Source of the DNA: Candidatus Gottesmanbacteria bacterium
GTDB taxonomy: Bacteria > Patescibacteriota > Microgenomatia > UBA10105
Assembly (NCBI GenBank): GCA_023245415.1
Contig: JAHFKJ010000005.1
Coordinates: forward strand, 7,535-68,825
Direction of reading: 5' to 3'
DNA: 61,291 nt
The translations under genes and the position numbers were made by a program. The notes under the pieces are model-generated. The model did no database searches. It was not told the origin of the DNA and saw nothing but the letters and a program-made list of their open reading frames with translations. This document shows, one piece after another, positions 36,912 through 46,097 of the stretch; position 1 is the stretch's first letter, and each line of letters starts with the position of its first letter.

Positions 36912-37673
36912 ATGGTTTCATCTCAATTAAAAGAAGTCGTCATCATCCACCAAGATTCTAATTTATCCTCTCAACTGCAAAATACGGCATTTTTGGGCGG
37001 CAATACAAAAGCACGCAGCTACCGCTCTTGGGTAAGTGCGTTACCCGCATTGGCTGTCAGAAAAACTATACCAGATCAAGTGATAGTTGATAATGTAAAC
37101 TTTAATCCGTCACTGTTCTTCGGCTTTCCCCCAAGCACTCTTATAAGTGCATTCCCAAAAGATGCTGCGCAAGTTCTAGAACTAAAAAAAACAAAATCCG
37201 GACGATTAGTAAGTGTAATCCCGTTGACTGATAGGAGAAATGTCGTTCGTGAACTCACAGGTGATCTTGGAACAAACGGTAAAGTCGTTATTTTTGAAGA
37301 AACTGGCAAACGCGGCCAAATTATCGAAAAAGCTGTCACAACCGCAGGTTGGCCGGAAAGCAATCTCAGAGTTTTTTCCGGATCCCACAACGGGTTATCC
37401 CAGGCGTGTCTCTATACCCATCAAACACCGGTGTGTGCGGTAATTACAAGTTCACCTGTAGCCTATGATGCACTTACTCGTGATACACCCTATTATGCTA
37501 CCGACTTGCAGACACGAGAATGGTCAGTACCACGATCTCAGACAACAAATGAAATTATTGTTCCGCAAGCTGTATTATTTGAATGGGGCCGGTGGACTGA
37601 ACTTGAACAGGTGATGTCCTCACTCGCAGTTTCATGGTTAAATTCTGAAAAATTTCAAAAATATATAAATTGA
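36912..37673 (+). CDS. hypothetical protein
   Basis: 253-aa ORF ending in TGA, with no recognised motif. Confidence 0.5.
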   Translation: MVSSQLKEVVIIHQDSNLSSQLQNTAFLGGNTKARSYRSWVSALPALAVRKTIPDQVIVDNVNFNPSLFFGFPPSTLISAFPKDAAQVLELKKTKSGRLVSVIPLTDRRNVVRELTGDLGTNGKVVIFEETGKRGQIIEKAVTTAGWPESNLRVFSGSHNGLSQACLYTHQTPVCAVITSSPVAYDALTRDTPYYATDLQTREWSVPRSQTTNEIIVPQAVLFEWGRWTELEQVMSSLAVSWLNSEKFQKYIN

Positions 37674-37685
37674 GTATCGGTGTTA

Positions 37686-38309
37686 TTAAAACTCTCTTCT
37701 TCCTTCTAAACTTCGGCTTAAAGTGATTGCGTCTGCATATTCGATATCTGCTCCCATCGGCAAGCCATGGGCTAAACGTGTCACTTTCATGATCAGCGCA
37801 AGATCGGTCTTAAGCTTATTTAGTTCACGCTGTATGTACATGGCTGTCGCCTCTCCTTCCATGTTGGGATTGGTCGCCAAGATTACCTCAGCGATCGGTG
37901 TACTTTGCATTTTTAACCGACTTAGCAGTTCTGCAATTCTGATTTCATCCGGTCCAATATTCAAGAGTGGATTTATCGATCCATGCAGTACATGATACAC
38001 GCCATTAAATTTACCGGTTTTCTCAAATGAAATAATGTCCAGAGCCTGTTCTACGACACAAATAAGTGATTTGTCCCGTGAAGGCTGAGAGCAAATATAA
38101 CAGGGATCTGATTCACCGATATTAAAACACGCGCTGCAAAATACCGTCAGTTTTTTTAAACTGGCGAGAGATTGGCCAAATTCCTCAAGCATTTCCTGAG
38201 GCACATGCAGCAGGTAAAAGGCGAGCCGCTGGGCAGTTTTGGGACCGATTCCCGGCAAACGCTCGAAACTTTCGATTAACTTGACGATTGGTTTGGGAAG
38301 AGAAAACAT
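37686..38309 (-). CDS. recR: recombination protein RecR
   Basis: LPGIGPKTAQRLAF, a C4 zinc finger (CSAC..C.IC) and a Toprim segment. Confidence 0.93.
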   Translation of the reverse strand: MFSLPKPIVKLIESFERLPGIGPKTAQRLAFYLLHVPQEMLEEFGQSLASLKKLTVFCSACFNIGESDPCYICSQPSRDKSLICVVEQALDIISFEKTGKFNGVYHVLHGSINPLLNIGPDEIRIAELLSRLKMQSTPIAEVILATNPNMEGEATAMYIQRELNKLKTDLALIMKVTRLAHGLPMGADIEYADAITLSRSLEGRREF

Positions 38310-38334
38310 GAGGATAATTCTAACATATTAAAAA

Positions 38335-39243
38335 CTATACCATTTTCTTTATCTTTTCGCTCAAAAGTGTACCCAGGCTCAGAATTGATAATTTGGGAAA
38401 GCGATACCCCTCGGGTAAATAGATCGAATCGGATACATACACGTGATCGAGCGGACTATTTTGCAATATTTCGCGGGTACCATCGACAAAGTCCGCATGA
38501 GTAACGCAAGCTATCACTTTCTTAGCTCCTTGATCTTTGAGTGCATATGTTGCTTTTACAAGTGTTGAACCAGATGTAATCACATCATCGATTAAAACGG
38601 CGGTTTTACCCTTAGCATCTCCAATCAGACGCAAACTTTCTATCGTGTGCAATTTATCTAATGAACGCTTTTTTTCAATTAGCGTTAGCGGCGCACCCAA
38701 CATTTCCGCGAATTTTTGCGCCCTCTTTACGGCTCCGGCATCCGGGGCAACTACAACGATTTCCTCTTTATGAGACTTAAGTTTATCAACAAAGATACTT
38801 GCTCCATGTAAATGACTTATCGGTTTTTGGAAAAACCCACCCACTATATCACTGTGTAAATCTACTACAACAATTTTGTCAAATTCTACGGCTTCGATTA
38901 GTCGAGCCATAACTCGGGCCGATACACCCTCACCTTCACGATGGGACTTGTCTTGGCGGGCATAACCAAAGTAGGGAACCACGGCGATCATTTTACTACA
39001 GTCATTGGCTTTTAAGGCATCACCAATTAAACATAGTTCCACCAAATGAGAATCTACAGGATTGGATAATGAGGCTATGACGAGCACTGTTTTGTTAATT
39101 ACCGATTCTTCGATGCGTACACGTTTTTCACTATCGGCAAATGTCACAATCTCCATTTTTCCTAAACTTTTTTTAAGAAGTTTTGCTGTCTCGATGGCTA
39201 ATACGCGGTTGGCGCTACCTGAAAAAAGCAAATAATTTTTCAT
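38335..39243 (-). CDS. prs: ribose-phosphate pyrophosphokinase
   Basis: ARQDK, and the PRPP-binding loop VLIDDVITSGST. Confidence 0.92.
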   Translation of the reverse strand: MKNYLLFSGSANRVLAIETAKLLKKSLGKMEIVTFADSEKRVRIEESVINKTVLVIASLSNPVDSHLVELCLIGDALKANDCSKMIAVVPYFGYARQDKSHREGEGVSARVMARLIEAVEFDKIVVVDLHSDIVGGFFQKPISHLHGASIFVDKLKSHKEEIVVVAPDAGAVKRAQKFAEMLGAPLTLIEKKRSLDKLHTIESLRLIGDAKGKTAVLIDDVITSGSTLVKATYALKDQGAKKVIACVTHADFVDGTREILQNSPLDHVYVSDSIYLPEGYRFPKLSILSLGTLLSEKIKKMV

Positions 39244-39248
39244 ATAAT

Positions 39249-39283
39249 CCCACCCCCGGGGGGTGTCAGCTTGACACCTAAGG
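39249..39283. repeat. R3 motif: CCCACCCCCGGGGGGTGTCAGCTTGACACCTAAGG, directly 5-prime of the prs start
   Basis: Palindrome ACCCCC/GGGGGT plus hairpin GGTGTCA-gct-TGACACC (39262-39278). Near-identical motif at 59104-59139, and related termini at 43991-44040. Confidence 0.8.
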
Positions 39284-39302
39284 ATTCTACACTACTTGAT
39301 TA

Positions 39303-40454
39303 TTATTTTTGTAAAAAAAAGTTCGCTAGTCTATCTAAACCTTCATCAAGTATTTGATCATCAACAGCGTACGAAATCCGTATATGTCCTTCACCAGTTT
39401 TTCCAAATGCAACTCCGGGAACTACAGCGACATTTACTGTTTTTAGAATCTTTTCACTTATTTCCTCTGATGACCGGGAATTTTGAAGTTTGGGAAATAT
39501 ATAGTAAGCACCTTGAGGTTTTGCAAAGGTTAAAAAATTGGTTAAAGTGTCTAATTTTTTACAAATCACTTCGCGCCTTCTTTGTAAAATATGCTGGTAC
39601 TTACTAACAATCTCCTGCGGACCCGAAATAGCAGCTAGAGCAGCCCGTTGAGATATTTTGGCTACACATCCGACTAAAGCGTCATGAGTCCGGGAGATGA
39701 GCTTAACTGTTTCTGGCCTGGCAACAATATATCCCACCCGCCATCCGGTCATCGCATATTCTTTCGAAAATGAACGAATTGTGATCAATCGCTGGCACTT
39801 TTCATAAAATTTCAATAAACTTGTAAATTTCATGTCATCATATGTCAAAAACGAATAGGTTTCGTCAACCAGCAGCCAAAAACCATACTGAGTGGATAGA
39901 TTTACCAGTTCCCGCAACTGCTCATGTGTAAGTACCGCGCCTGTCGGATTACTGGGGTTCGTGACAATAAGAGCTTTGAGGCCGATTTTCGCTGCTGCCT
40001 GCACATTCTCCACATCCAACTGCCACACATCATTTTCTCGCATCGGGATCTCAACTACTTCGCCTTTTGTAAGGAGGGCTGCTGGAAAATGATTGCAGTA
40101 ATCAGGTGTTATTATGCCGATTTTTTCTCCCGGGTTTATTAAGGATAAGATACTTGAAGCTACCGCCTCCATTGCTCCAACTGTAATCAATATCTGATTA
40201 ACACTCGTAGGTTTTCCGAGTTCTTTCGTAAATTTATCTGCGATTTTCTGACGCAGATCGTTATCGCCTAAAAAATTGGGGTAAACTCCAATATCTTTTT
40301 CATCCAAAGCTTGACGGGCTGCTTCGCGAATGTGCTCGGCTGTAGGGAAGGAAGGTATTCCTTGACCAAAGTTAATACCGTCTTGTTCTTTAACTCGAAT
40401 GGAGAGTTTTTTTATGATAGAGTCAGGTAAATTTTGCGCAAATATATTTGACAT
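39303..40454 (-). CDS. PLP-dependent aminotransferase, class I/II (aspartate/aromatic type)
   Basis: NFGQGIPSFP, NPSNPTG, and the PLP Lys in SFSKEYAMTGWRVGY. The start is taken at ATG 40454. Confidence 0.88.
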   Translation of the reverse strand: MSNIFAQNLPDSIIKKLSIRVKEQDGINFGQGIPSFPTAEHIREAARQALDEKDIGVYPNFLGDNDLRQKIADKFTKELGKPTSVNQILITVGAMEAVASSILSLINPGEKIGIITPDYCNHFPAALLTKGEVVEIPMRENDVWQLDVENVQAAAKIGLKALIVTNPSNPTGAVLTHEQLRELVNLSTQYGFWLLVDETYSFLTYDDMKFTSLLKFYEKCQRLITIRSFSKEYAMTGWRVGYIVARPETVKLISRTHDALVGCVAKISQRAALAAISGPQEIVSKYQHILQRRREVICKKLDTLTNFLTFAKPQGAYYIFPKLQNSRSSEEISEKILKTVNVAVVPGVAFGKTGEGHIRISYAVDDQILDEGLDRLANFFLQK

Positions 40455-40511
40455 AAAACCAAAAAAACTTGATAGTATACGAATCAAGCGTAAGAATAAC
40501 AGAAGATGTAG

Positions 40512-41297
40512 TTATTCTTTTTGAATCACAAATTCATCCTCAATATGCGGCTTGCCGAATTCTTTCCAGGCTGAAAGTCCACGTAAAAAGATTTCCATGA
40601 ACCGATCTTCCCCGCCTGATGATCCGGGAGCAAATGCCAGTTCACCTTCACGCACATTAAATGAACCGTCAGTATAGAACGCGGTCCGTTTCATTCCGTT
40701 TAAAGTCACGAGCAAAGCCTGTCCCACTTTATAACGACACTGGGAGACACGGACTGTTGATTTCAAATTGCCATAACCATCAATCCAGGCAATTCGATGT
40801 TGGGGGGTATCAGGAATTGAATTAATATCCAATTCATCTCCTAAAAAACCGGATTTTTTCTGAGCCAAACCCACGACTGCTTCAGGATAAAAATCACGCG
40901 AGCGAAATTGTGAACCTTTATTAGCCACATTTACCACCCGAAACGATTTTGTGTATGGTTTTACGAACGAAAAACAATAACCCGCATTCACGCCAATTAT
41001 TTCTATACCGTTTCCTAGCTTTGTATAAACCAAGCGTTCGCCCTCATTTTTCTGACGTATTTCTTTGTTGTCCTTTCGTGGTGCGGTATTGGTGTAAATC
41101 ACCATTCCCCCAACCTCATTAACTTGAGCTAGTTGTGCGGTCCAGAAACCAGTGGCAAGTGTGGAGAATTTCGGGACACTGGTGCAAAAAACTTCGCACT
41201 CTGGATCAAGTAGTTTTAACTTCTGCACCACTTCTGCAAACGCTGGGTCACCGACACCATAATCAGCAATCAGTTGGATAAATAGTTTTTTAGACAT
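40512..41297 (-). CDS. DUF62-family protein (SAM hydroxide adenosyltransferase / SAM hydrolase-like)
   Basis: The N-terminal LIADYGVGDPAFAEV and the C-terminal barrel (GELAFAPGSSG..MEIFLRG) resemble PF01887 proteins. The assignment is from memory of family patterns. Confidence 0.5.
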   Translation of the reverse strand: MSKKLFIQLIADYGVGDPAFAEVVQKLKLLDPECEVFCTSVPKFSTLATGFWTAQLAQVNEVGGMVIYTNTAPRKDNKEIRQKNEGERLVYTKLGNGIEIIGVNAGYCFSFVKPYTKSFRVVNVANKGSQFRSRDFYPEAVVGLAQKKSGFLGDELDINSIPDTPQHRIAWIDGYGNLKSTVRVSQCRYKVGQALLVTLNGMKRTAFYTDGSFNVREGELAFAPGSSGGEDRFMEIFLRGLSAWKEFGKPHIEDEFVIQKE

Positions 41298-41332
41298 GAA
41301 ACGATTTTTTATCAAGAGAAGTCAGTAGTATT

Positions 41333-42691
41333 TTACGTATAATGTTCAATTAAATCAATCCGTGAAATCACGCCAAGCGGTTTATTTCTATTGTCAATAA
41401 CCACTACAAAATTTTCTTTCGTCAATAATCCAGACACATGTTCCACAGATTCATCACGTAAAACTGTAGTTACGTAAGAGTCAACTAATGCTGAAATATG
41501 ATTAGTTGGACCAATACTTTTATCATACAGTCCTGTTAAAAGTACTCGTTCAGTAATTTTACCTAGAAGTCTATTTTTATCAATTACTGGTAATTGGGAA
41601 ATTTCATGTTTTTTCATGAGATCTATGGCGGCCTTAACTGTATCTTTCGTTGAAATATAATATAATCTCTGTGTTTTACGTTTATCCAATAAATCTCCGA
41701 TTGTCATGCCTAATCCTCCCACGGGTAAAAAACCATTTTGTCTCATCCAATCATCGTTGTACATCTTGGATAAATAAGACTTGCCGCTATCAGGAAATAT
41801 AACTACCACTAATCCAGATCGAAGCGTTCTTATTACTTTAAGTGCTGCCCAGAGTACCATACCGCTTGATCCTCCTGTCAATAATCCTTCTTCTCTAGCC
41901 AAACTCCGAGCGGTCAAAAAACAATCTTTATCTTCTACCTGAATCACTTCGTCAATATAGTTAAAATCAATTGTTGAAGGTATAAAATCTTCACCAACAC
42001 CTTCGACTTTGTACGTTTTCATGAGCGCTGGAAATTTTCCCGATAGTTTGTATTCATAAAAAACTGAACCAACCGGATCTACTCCTATAATTTTTACTTT
42101 AGGGTTTTTCTCTTTCAAAAATTTTGCTACGCCGGTAATCGTTCCACCAGTACCCATACCAACTACCAAATGCGTAATCTTTCCCTCCGTTTGTTCCCAG
42201 ATTTCCTGTCCTGTAGTTTGATAATGAATTTCGGGATTAGCCGGATTGTGATATTGGTCAGGTTTATACGCACCTTGTATTTCTTTGGCAAGTCGGTCTG
42301 ATACTTTGTAGTAACTGCGCTCATCCTGAGCCATTACGGCTGTAGGTGTAATCACCACTTTTGCACCATATGCCCGCAATAAATTGCGTTTTTCGTCGCT
42401 CATTTTATCCGGCATTACAAATATGGATTTGTAACCGCGGATAGCTGCAACCATAGCCAACCCGACGCCGGTATTACCTGAAGTTGGTTCAACTATTGTT
42501 CCGCCTGTTTTTAACTTTCCTTGCTTTTCCGCTTGATCTATCATCGCCACCCCGATCCGATCTTTTACTGATCCACCAGGATTTAGATATTCCAGTTTCG
42601 CCAATAATATCACCTTCGGATTTGGGTTGAGCTTATTTATTTTAACAAGGGGTGTGTGACCCACGAGATCTAAAACAGAATTGTAGTACAT
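41333..42691 (-). CDS. cystathionine beta-synthase-type PLP enzyme (CysK/CysM fold plus two CBS domains)
   Basis: NPGGSVKDR, SGNTG and GTGGT, with a C-terminal tandem CBS pair. Confidence 0.88.
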   Translation of the reverse strand: MYYNSVLDLVGHTPLVKINKLNPNPKVILLAKLEYLNPGGSVKDRIGVAMIDQAEKQGKLKTGGTIVEPTSGNTGVGLAMVAAIRGYKSIFVMPDKMSDEKRNLLRAYGAKVVITPTAVMAQDERSYYKVSDRLAKEIQGAYKPDQYHNPANPEIHYQTTGQEIWEQTEGKITHLVVGMGTGGTITGVAKFLKEKNPKVKIIGVDPVGSVFYEYKLSGKFPALMKTYKVEGVGEDFIPSTIDFNYIDEVIQVEDKDCFLTARSLAREEGLLTGGSSGMVLWAALKVIRTLRSGLVVVIFPDSGKSYLSKMYNDDWMRQNGFLPVGGLGMTIGDLLDKRKTQRLYYISTKDTVKAAIDLMKKHEISQLPVIDKNRLLGKITERVLLTGLYDKSIGPTNHISALVDSYVTTVLRDESVEHVSGLLTKENFVVVIDNRNKPLGVISRIDLIEHYT

Positions 42692-42705
42692 AAAGAATGC
42701 CCGTG

Positions 42706-42734
42706 AGTATAAGTCAGATCATAATTTTTGTCAA
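42706..42734 (-). promoter_or_regulatory. promoter for the CBS operon (TTGACA, 17 nt spacer, TATACT on minus strand)
   Basis: TGTCAA at 42729-34 and AGTATA at 42706-11 on the plus strand. The -10 ends 14 nt before ATG 42691, giving a near-leaderless transcript. Confidence 0.5.
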
Positions 42735-42808
42735 AACTCTTAATTCCTTACAGGATTATCTTCTTCAAGCGGCTATTGGGAAAAACTGAAATCACTCTGT
42801 TTTCAGTA

Positions 42809-42836
42809 TTGACTACCGGTATATTTGTATTAGAAT
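42809..42836 (+). promoter_or_regulatory. promoter for the homocysteine methyltransferase gene (TTGACT, 16 nt spacer, TAGAAT)
   Basis: TTGACT at 42809-14 and TAGAAT at 42831-36. Confidence 0.5.
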
Positions 42837-42886
42837 TTGTTTTTCAGGAAAACTATTGTACAACAGGTTTAAAATAAAAATAAACA

Positions 42887-43942
42887 ATGGCAAATATCAG
42901 AGAACTATTAAAACGTCCTGGACCAGTAATCTTTGATGGTGCAACCGGCACAGCTCTCGCCCCTTTTATTAAGGAGGCGGGATCTCCATCTTGTTTATTA
43001 AATTTAACCGATGATGGAAGAGAAAAAGTCATGGCTCATTACGAAAATTGGGTTGAATCAGGTTCCAAAGCATTTCTCACCAATACTTTTAATGCAAATA
43101 GTTGGCGCTTGAAATTAGCAAATATGAACGACCCAAATACATTATGGGAAGCGAATTATAATGCTGCCAAAGATGCCGTTACCGTTGCCGGAATAGAACA
43201 TTGTGCCGTAGGTGATATCGGCCCATCCGGTTTACAAGTAAGAGAAGACATGGAGGAAAAACTTCTTGTAGCTTCTGCAAGACGACAAAACATACATACA
43301 GATAAAATTTCTAACCTTAATGAATATCCAACAGCTGAAAGTTTAATACCAGGCTTTAAACTTCAAGCTTCAGCGCTTATTGAAGGTGGAGTTCGAGATA
43401 TTCTTATTGAAACTATGTCTTCTATTCATGAACTCGGAGCCGCAAATAGAGCAGTACACCTTGCTATTAATGATCTAAAACTAAATAATAAACTGAGTCC
43501 TGACGAACAAGTCTCAATTATGGCTACAATGTCATTTGACGCCGGAAATGCTTTACGTCCATCGACTTTTAATGGTAATACTCCGATTGATTTTATAGAT
43601 GCAACTTATAGCTTAGGTTTTGTCGCTCGAGGAGCTAACTGTGGTAATAATGCCTATGGTCTACATCAAATACTATTAATACTTAGAGACCTCCAAAAAA
43701 TAAATCCAACAGATAAGCCTAAACGGATAATGCCAGATCTAGGTCCAGAATTCTTTATTATAAAGCCGAATGCCGGAAAACCGGAAATGACAGCATCTGG
43801 TCCGACTTATACAATTAGTCCAAAAGAAATGGCTACTATCGCTGTTATGACATGGGAAGCTGGTGCAAAAATTATTGGCGGTTGCTGCGGAACAACTTAC
43901 GCTGATATTGCAGCAATGGCAAATGCCTTAGCAAAAAGATAA
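42887..43942 (+). CDS. homocysteine S-methyltransferase domain protein
   Basis: FDGATGT, TNTF, GDIGP, GANCG and the C-terminal IIGGCCGTTYADI (Zn/Hcy-binding Cys pair). Confidence 0.85.
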   Translation: MANIRELLKRPGPVIFDGATGTALAPFIKEAGSPSCLLNLTDDGREKVMAHYENWVESGSKAFLTNTFNANSWRLKLANMNDPNTLWEANYNAAKDAVTVAGIEHCAVGDIGPSGLQVREDMEEKLLVASARRQNIHTDKISNLNEYPTAESLIPGFKLQASALIEGGVRDILIETMSSIHELGAANRAVHLAINDLKLNNKLSPDEQVSIMATMSFDAGNALRPSTFNGNTPIDFIDATYSLGFVARGANCGNNAYGLHQILLILRDLQKINPTDKPKRIMPDLGPEFFIIKPNAGKPEMTASGPTYTISPKEMATIAVMTWEAGAKIIGGCCGTTYADIAAMANALAKR

Positions 43943-43990
43943 AGATAAATCATTTTTCTTTACACCTATTCTTTCATTTAAGCTAAAGCT

Positions 43991-44040
43991 CCCACCGGAG
44001 ATGCTTGTCCGCCTTTGGCGGAGATTAGTTTGACACCTAG
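43991..44040. repeat. R3-related element (CCCACCGGAG...TCCGCCtttGGCGGA...TTTGACACCTAG) between convergent genes
   Basis: It shares the CCCACC and TTGACACCTA termini with 39249-39283. The inner hairpin is TCCGCC-ttt-GGCGGA (44008-44022). Confidence 0.6.
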
Positions 44041-44048
44041 TGTTTTGA

Positions 44049-45314
44049 TTACGTCCCTTCCTGCCAGCTGTGGAGGTATTTGCGTTGTACGGGAGTCAAT
44101 CGATCGAAACGCATCCCCATTGCCCGCAGTTTTAGTCGCGCGACCCGCTGATCAATATCTTTGGGCAAAACGTAAACTTTGGATTTTAATGTACCTTTGC
44201 GCTTGACAAACCAGGCTGCCGCCAATGCCTGATTGGCGAAACTCATGTCCATGACTTCTGCCGGATGACCTTCAGCGCCGACTAAATTTATGAGTCTTCC
44301 CTCACCCAAAGCATAAAGTCTGCGTCCGCTTGCTAAAGTAAATTCTTCAAGATTATTGCGTAGCACGCGCCGCTTTTTCGCACACTTTACTAAACCCTCA
44401 TAATCAAATTCAACATTAAAGTGTCCGGAATTAGCCAAAATCGCGCCATCCTTCATCCGCTTCATATGGGTTGTAGATATAATTTCTTTATCTCCGGTTG
44501 CACTCACAAACACATCACCATATCTGGAGGCCCGGCTAATCTGGTCGACATTAAATCCATCCATCGCTGCCTCTAAAGCTTTCACCGGATCTACCTCGAT
44601 AACTGTCACAATTGCCCCCATTCCCCGCATTCGAGAAGCAATACCTCTGGCACACCACCCATATCCGCAGACAATAACACGTTTTCCAGCAAGTAAAATA
44701 TTAGTTGAACGCAAAATACCATCTACGGTGGACTGGCCCGTACCATAACGGTTATCAAACATATGCTTGGTATCGCTATCATTTACGGCCAATACCGGTA
44801 ATTTCAACGCCCCATCTTTGGCCATGGCTTTGAGCCGGATGACGCCTGTCGTTGTTTCTTCAGCACTTCCCAAAATTTCCGGAATCTGACTACTTCTTTC
44901 CCTATGCAAAAGTGTCACCAGATCGGCCCCATCATCAGTGGTTAACTGCGGATGAAAATCCAACACTTTATTTAAATGCTGGTAATAAGTTTTTTTATCC
45001 TCGCCGTGAATGGCAAAAACCGGCACGTGATAATCTTCCACCAAAGATGCAGAGACACTATCCTGAGTTGACAAAGGATTACTCGCACATAACACCACTT
45101 TTGCTCCACCGGCAATATAGGCCAAAACCAGATTTGCCGTTTCACTGGTGACATGGAGACATGCGCCAATTGTTAACCCATTGAGAGGCTTCGTTTGGGC
45201 AAACTCCTGTGTGATCAACTTCATCACCGACATATTTTGTCCGGCCCATTCGATTTTTAATTTACCTGCTTCAGCAAGACTCAAATCTTTGACATCGTGA
45301 GATATTTTATTCAT
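44049..45314 (-). CDS. ahcY: adenosylhomocysteinase
   Basis: DDGADL, ETTTG and a Rossmann GYGWCARG, with a C-terminal KLRAMG..D.LT..Q..YL. Confidence 0.93.
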   Translation of the reverse strand: MNKISHDVKDLSLAEAGKLKIEWAGQNMSVMKLITQEFAQTKPLNGLTIGACLHVTSETANLVLAYIAGGAKVVLCASNPLSTQDSVSASLVEDYHVPVFAIHGEDKKTYYQHLNKVLDFHPQLTTDDGADLVTLLHRERSSQIPEILGSAEETTTGVIRLKAMAKDGALKLPVLAVNDSDTKHMFDNRYGTGQSTVDGILRSTNILLAGKRVIVCGYGWCARGIASRMRGMGAIVTVIEVDPVKALEAAMDGFNVDQISRASRYGDVFVSATGDKEIISTTHMKRMKDGAILANSGHFNVEFDYEGLVKCAKKRRVLRNNLEEFTLASGRRLYALGEGRLINLVGAEGHPAEVMDMSFANQALAAAWFVKRKGTLKSKVYVLPKDIDQRVARLKLRAMGMRFDRLTPVQRKYLHSWQEGT

Positions 45315-45346
45315 ACCTATACTCCTATTTAGCAGAAATTTTTTAA

Positions 45347-45374
45347 ATTATACAATTTCCAAGATTTTGTCCAA
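45347..45374 (-). promoter_or_regulatory. promoter for ahcY (TTGGAC, 16 nt spacer, TATAAT) with downstream AGGAG Shine-Dalgarno
   Basis: GTCCAA at 45369-74 and ATTATA at 45347-52 on the plus strand. The SD complement CTCCT at 45323-27 lies 8 nt from the ATG. Confidence 0.55.
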
Positions 45375-45541
45375 AGCATTAATAGATAAATTCATGGAAA
45401 AAAAACACTCAGGACAAATATATTTATTTTATTGATATAATCGAAAAATACTGACCTGTCAAATCAATCTGTAAAAGTTTTCTCAAGGAAGGCAATTTGA
45501 AAAGAAGTAAAAATTGAATTCTTTCGCCTTGGAAAAACGTT

Positions 45542-46096
45542 TTAAACGAGTGATAGGTGCATTAAGACCTGTCCAATATATTTTCCTTTGTATAAAATCC
45601 CTCCGGGACGTTCGCCTGTCAATTGAAACCCAACAGATTGGTACAATGCAATTGCCCGTTCATTTTCGGCAAAGACATCTAAAATCAGCAGCCGGTAACC
45701 CATCTTTTTTGCTTCATTTATTAAAAAATCGATTAATTGTCTGCCAATTCCCAAATTCCGATAGTCTTTGGCGACACTTATAGCCAATTCACCTACATGT
45801 AAAGCGCGGGTGCGAAATCGGGTAATTCGATGTACATCAGCGTTTGCAACAAGCTTTTGGTTTACAAAAACAAAGACGTGAATTCGATTACCGTTTTCAA
45901 TTTCTAAGAGGACTTGTTCTAAATATCTTTTTTCCTCATCCCGCGTCACTTTTTCGCCTGCCATGACTACATAGGTATCCTCTTGTGACAACTGGTTGGC
46001 ATACCGTTCTATCTCCTCTATATGCTCTCCTTGCGGACTGCGAAAAATGGCGGTTTCACCATTTCTTAAAACTATGGTTTTATATACTGATTCCAC
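45542..46096 (-). CDS. GNAT-family N-acetyltransferase
   Basis: Acetyl-CoA motif A: YRNLGIGRQLIDFLINEAKKMG. Confidence 0.85.
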   Translation of the reverse strand: MESVYKTIVLRNGETAIFRSPQGEHIEEIERYANQLSQEDTYVVMAGEKVTRDEEKRYLEQVLLEIENGNRIHVFVFVNQKLVANADVHRITRFRTRALHVGELAISVAKDYRNLGIGRQLIDFLINEAKKMGYRLLILDVFAENERAIALYQSVGFQLTGERPGGILYKGKYIGQVLMHLSLV

Positions 46097-46097
46097 A

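Noticed and set aside
37671-37673. A possible alternative genetic code (UGA recoding), given the unusual release factor.
   Set aside because: TGA terminates at least two otherwise well-bounded genes (36912..37673 and ybaB at 47824-47826). No conserved gene shows in-frame TGA, so the code is standard code 11.
42692-42886. A SAM or SAH riboswitch in the spacers upstream of the CBS, homocysteine methyltransferase or ahcY genes. The second spacer examined is 45315-45541.
   Set aside because: The spacers are AT-rich and contain ordinary promoters. None of the conserved GC-rich cores of the SAM-I, SAM-II or SAH riboswitches is visible.
45514-45783. An 89-aa plus-strand ORF in and beside the long ahcY upstream spacer.
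   Set aside because: Most of it is antisense to the GNAT gene and it has no motifs. The spacer is better explained by the ahcY promoter and SD. The extra upstream promoter-like TTGACA..TATATC is unexplained but too weak to report.
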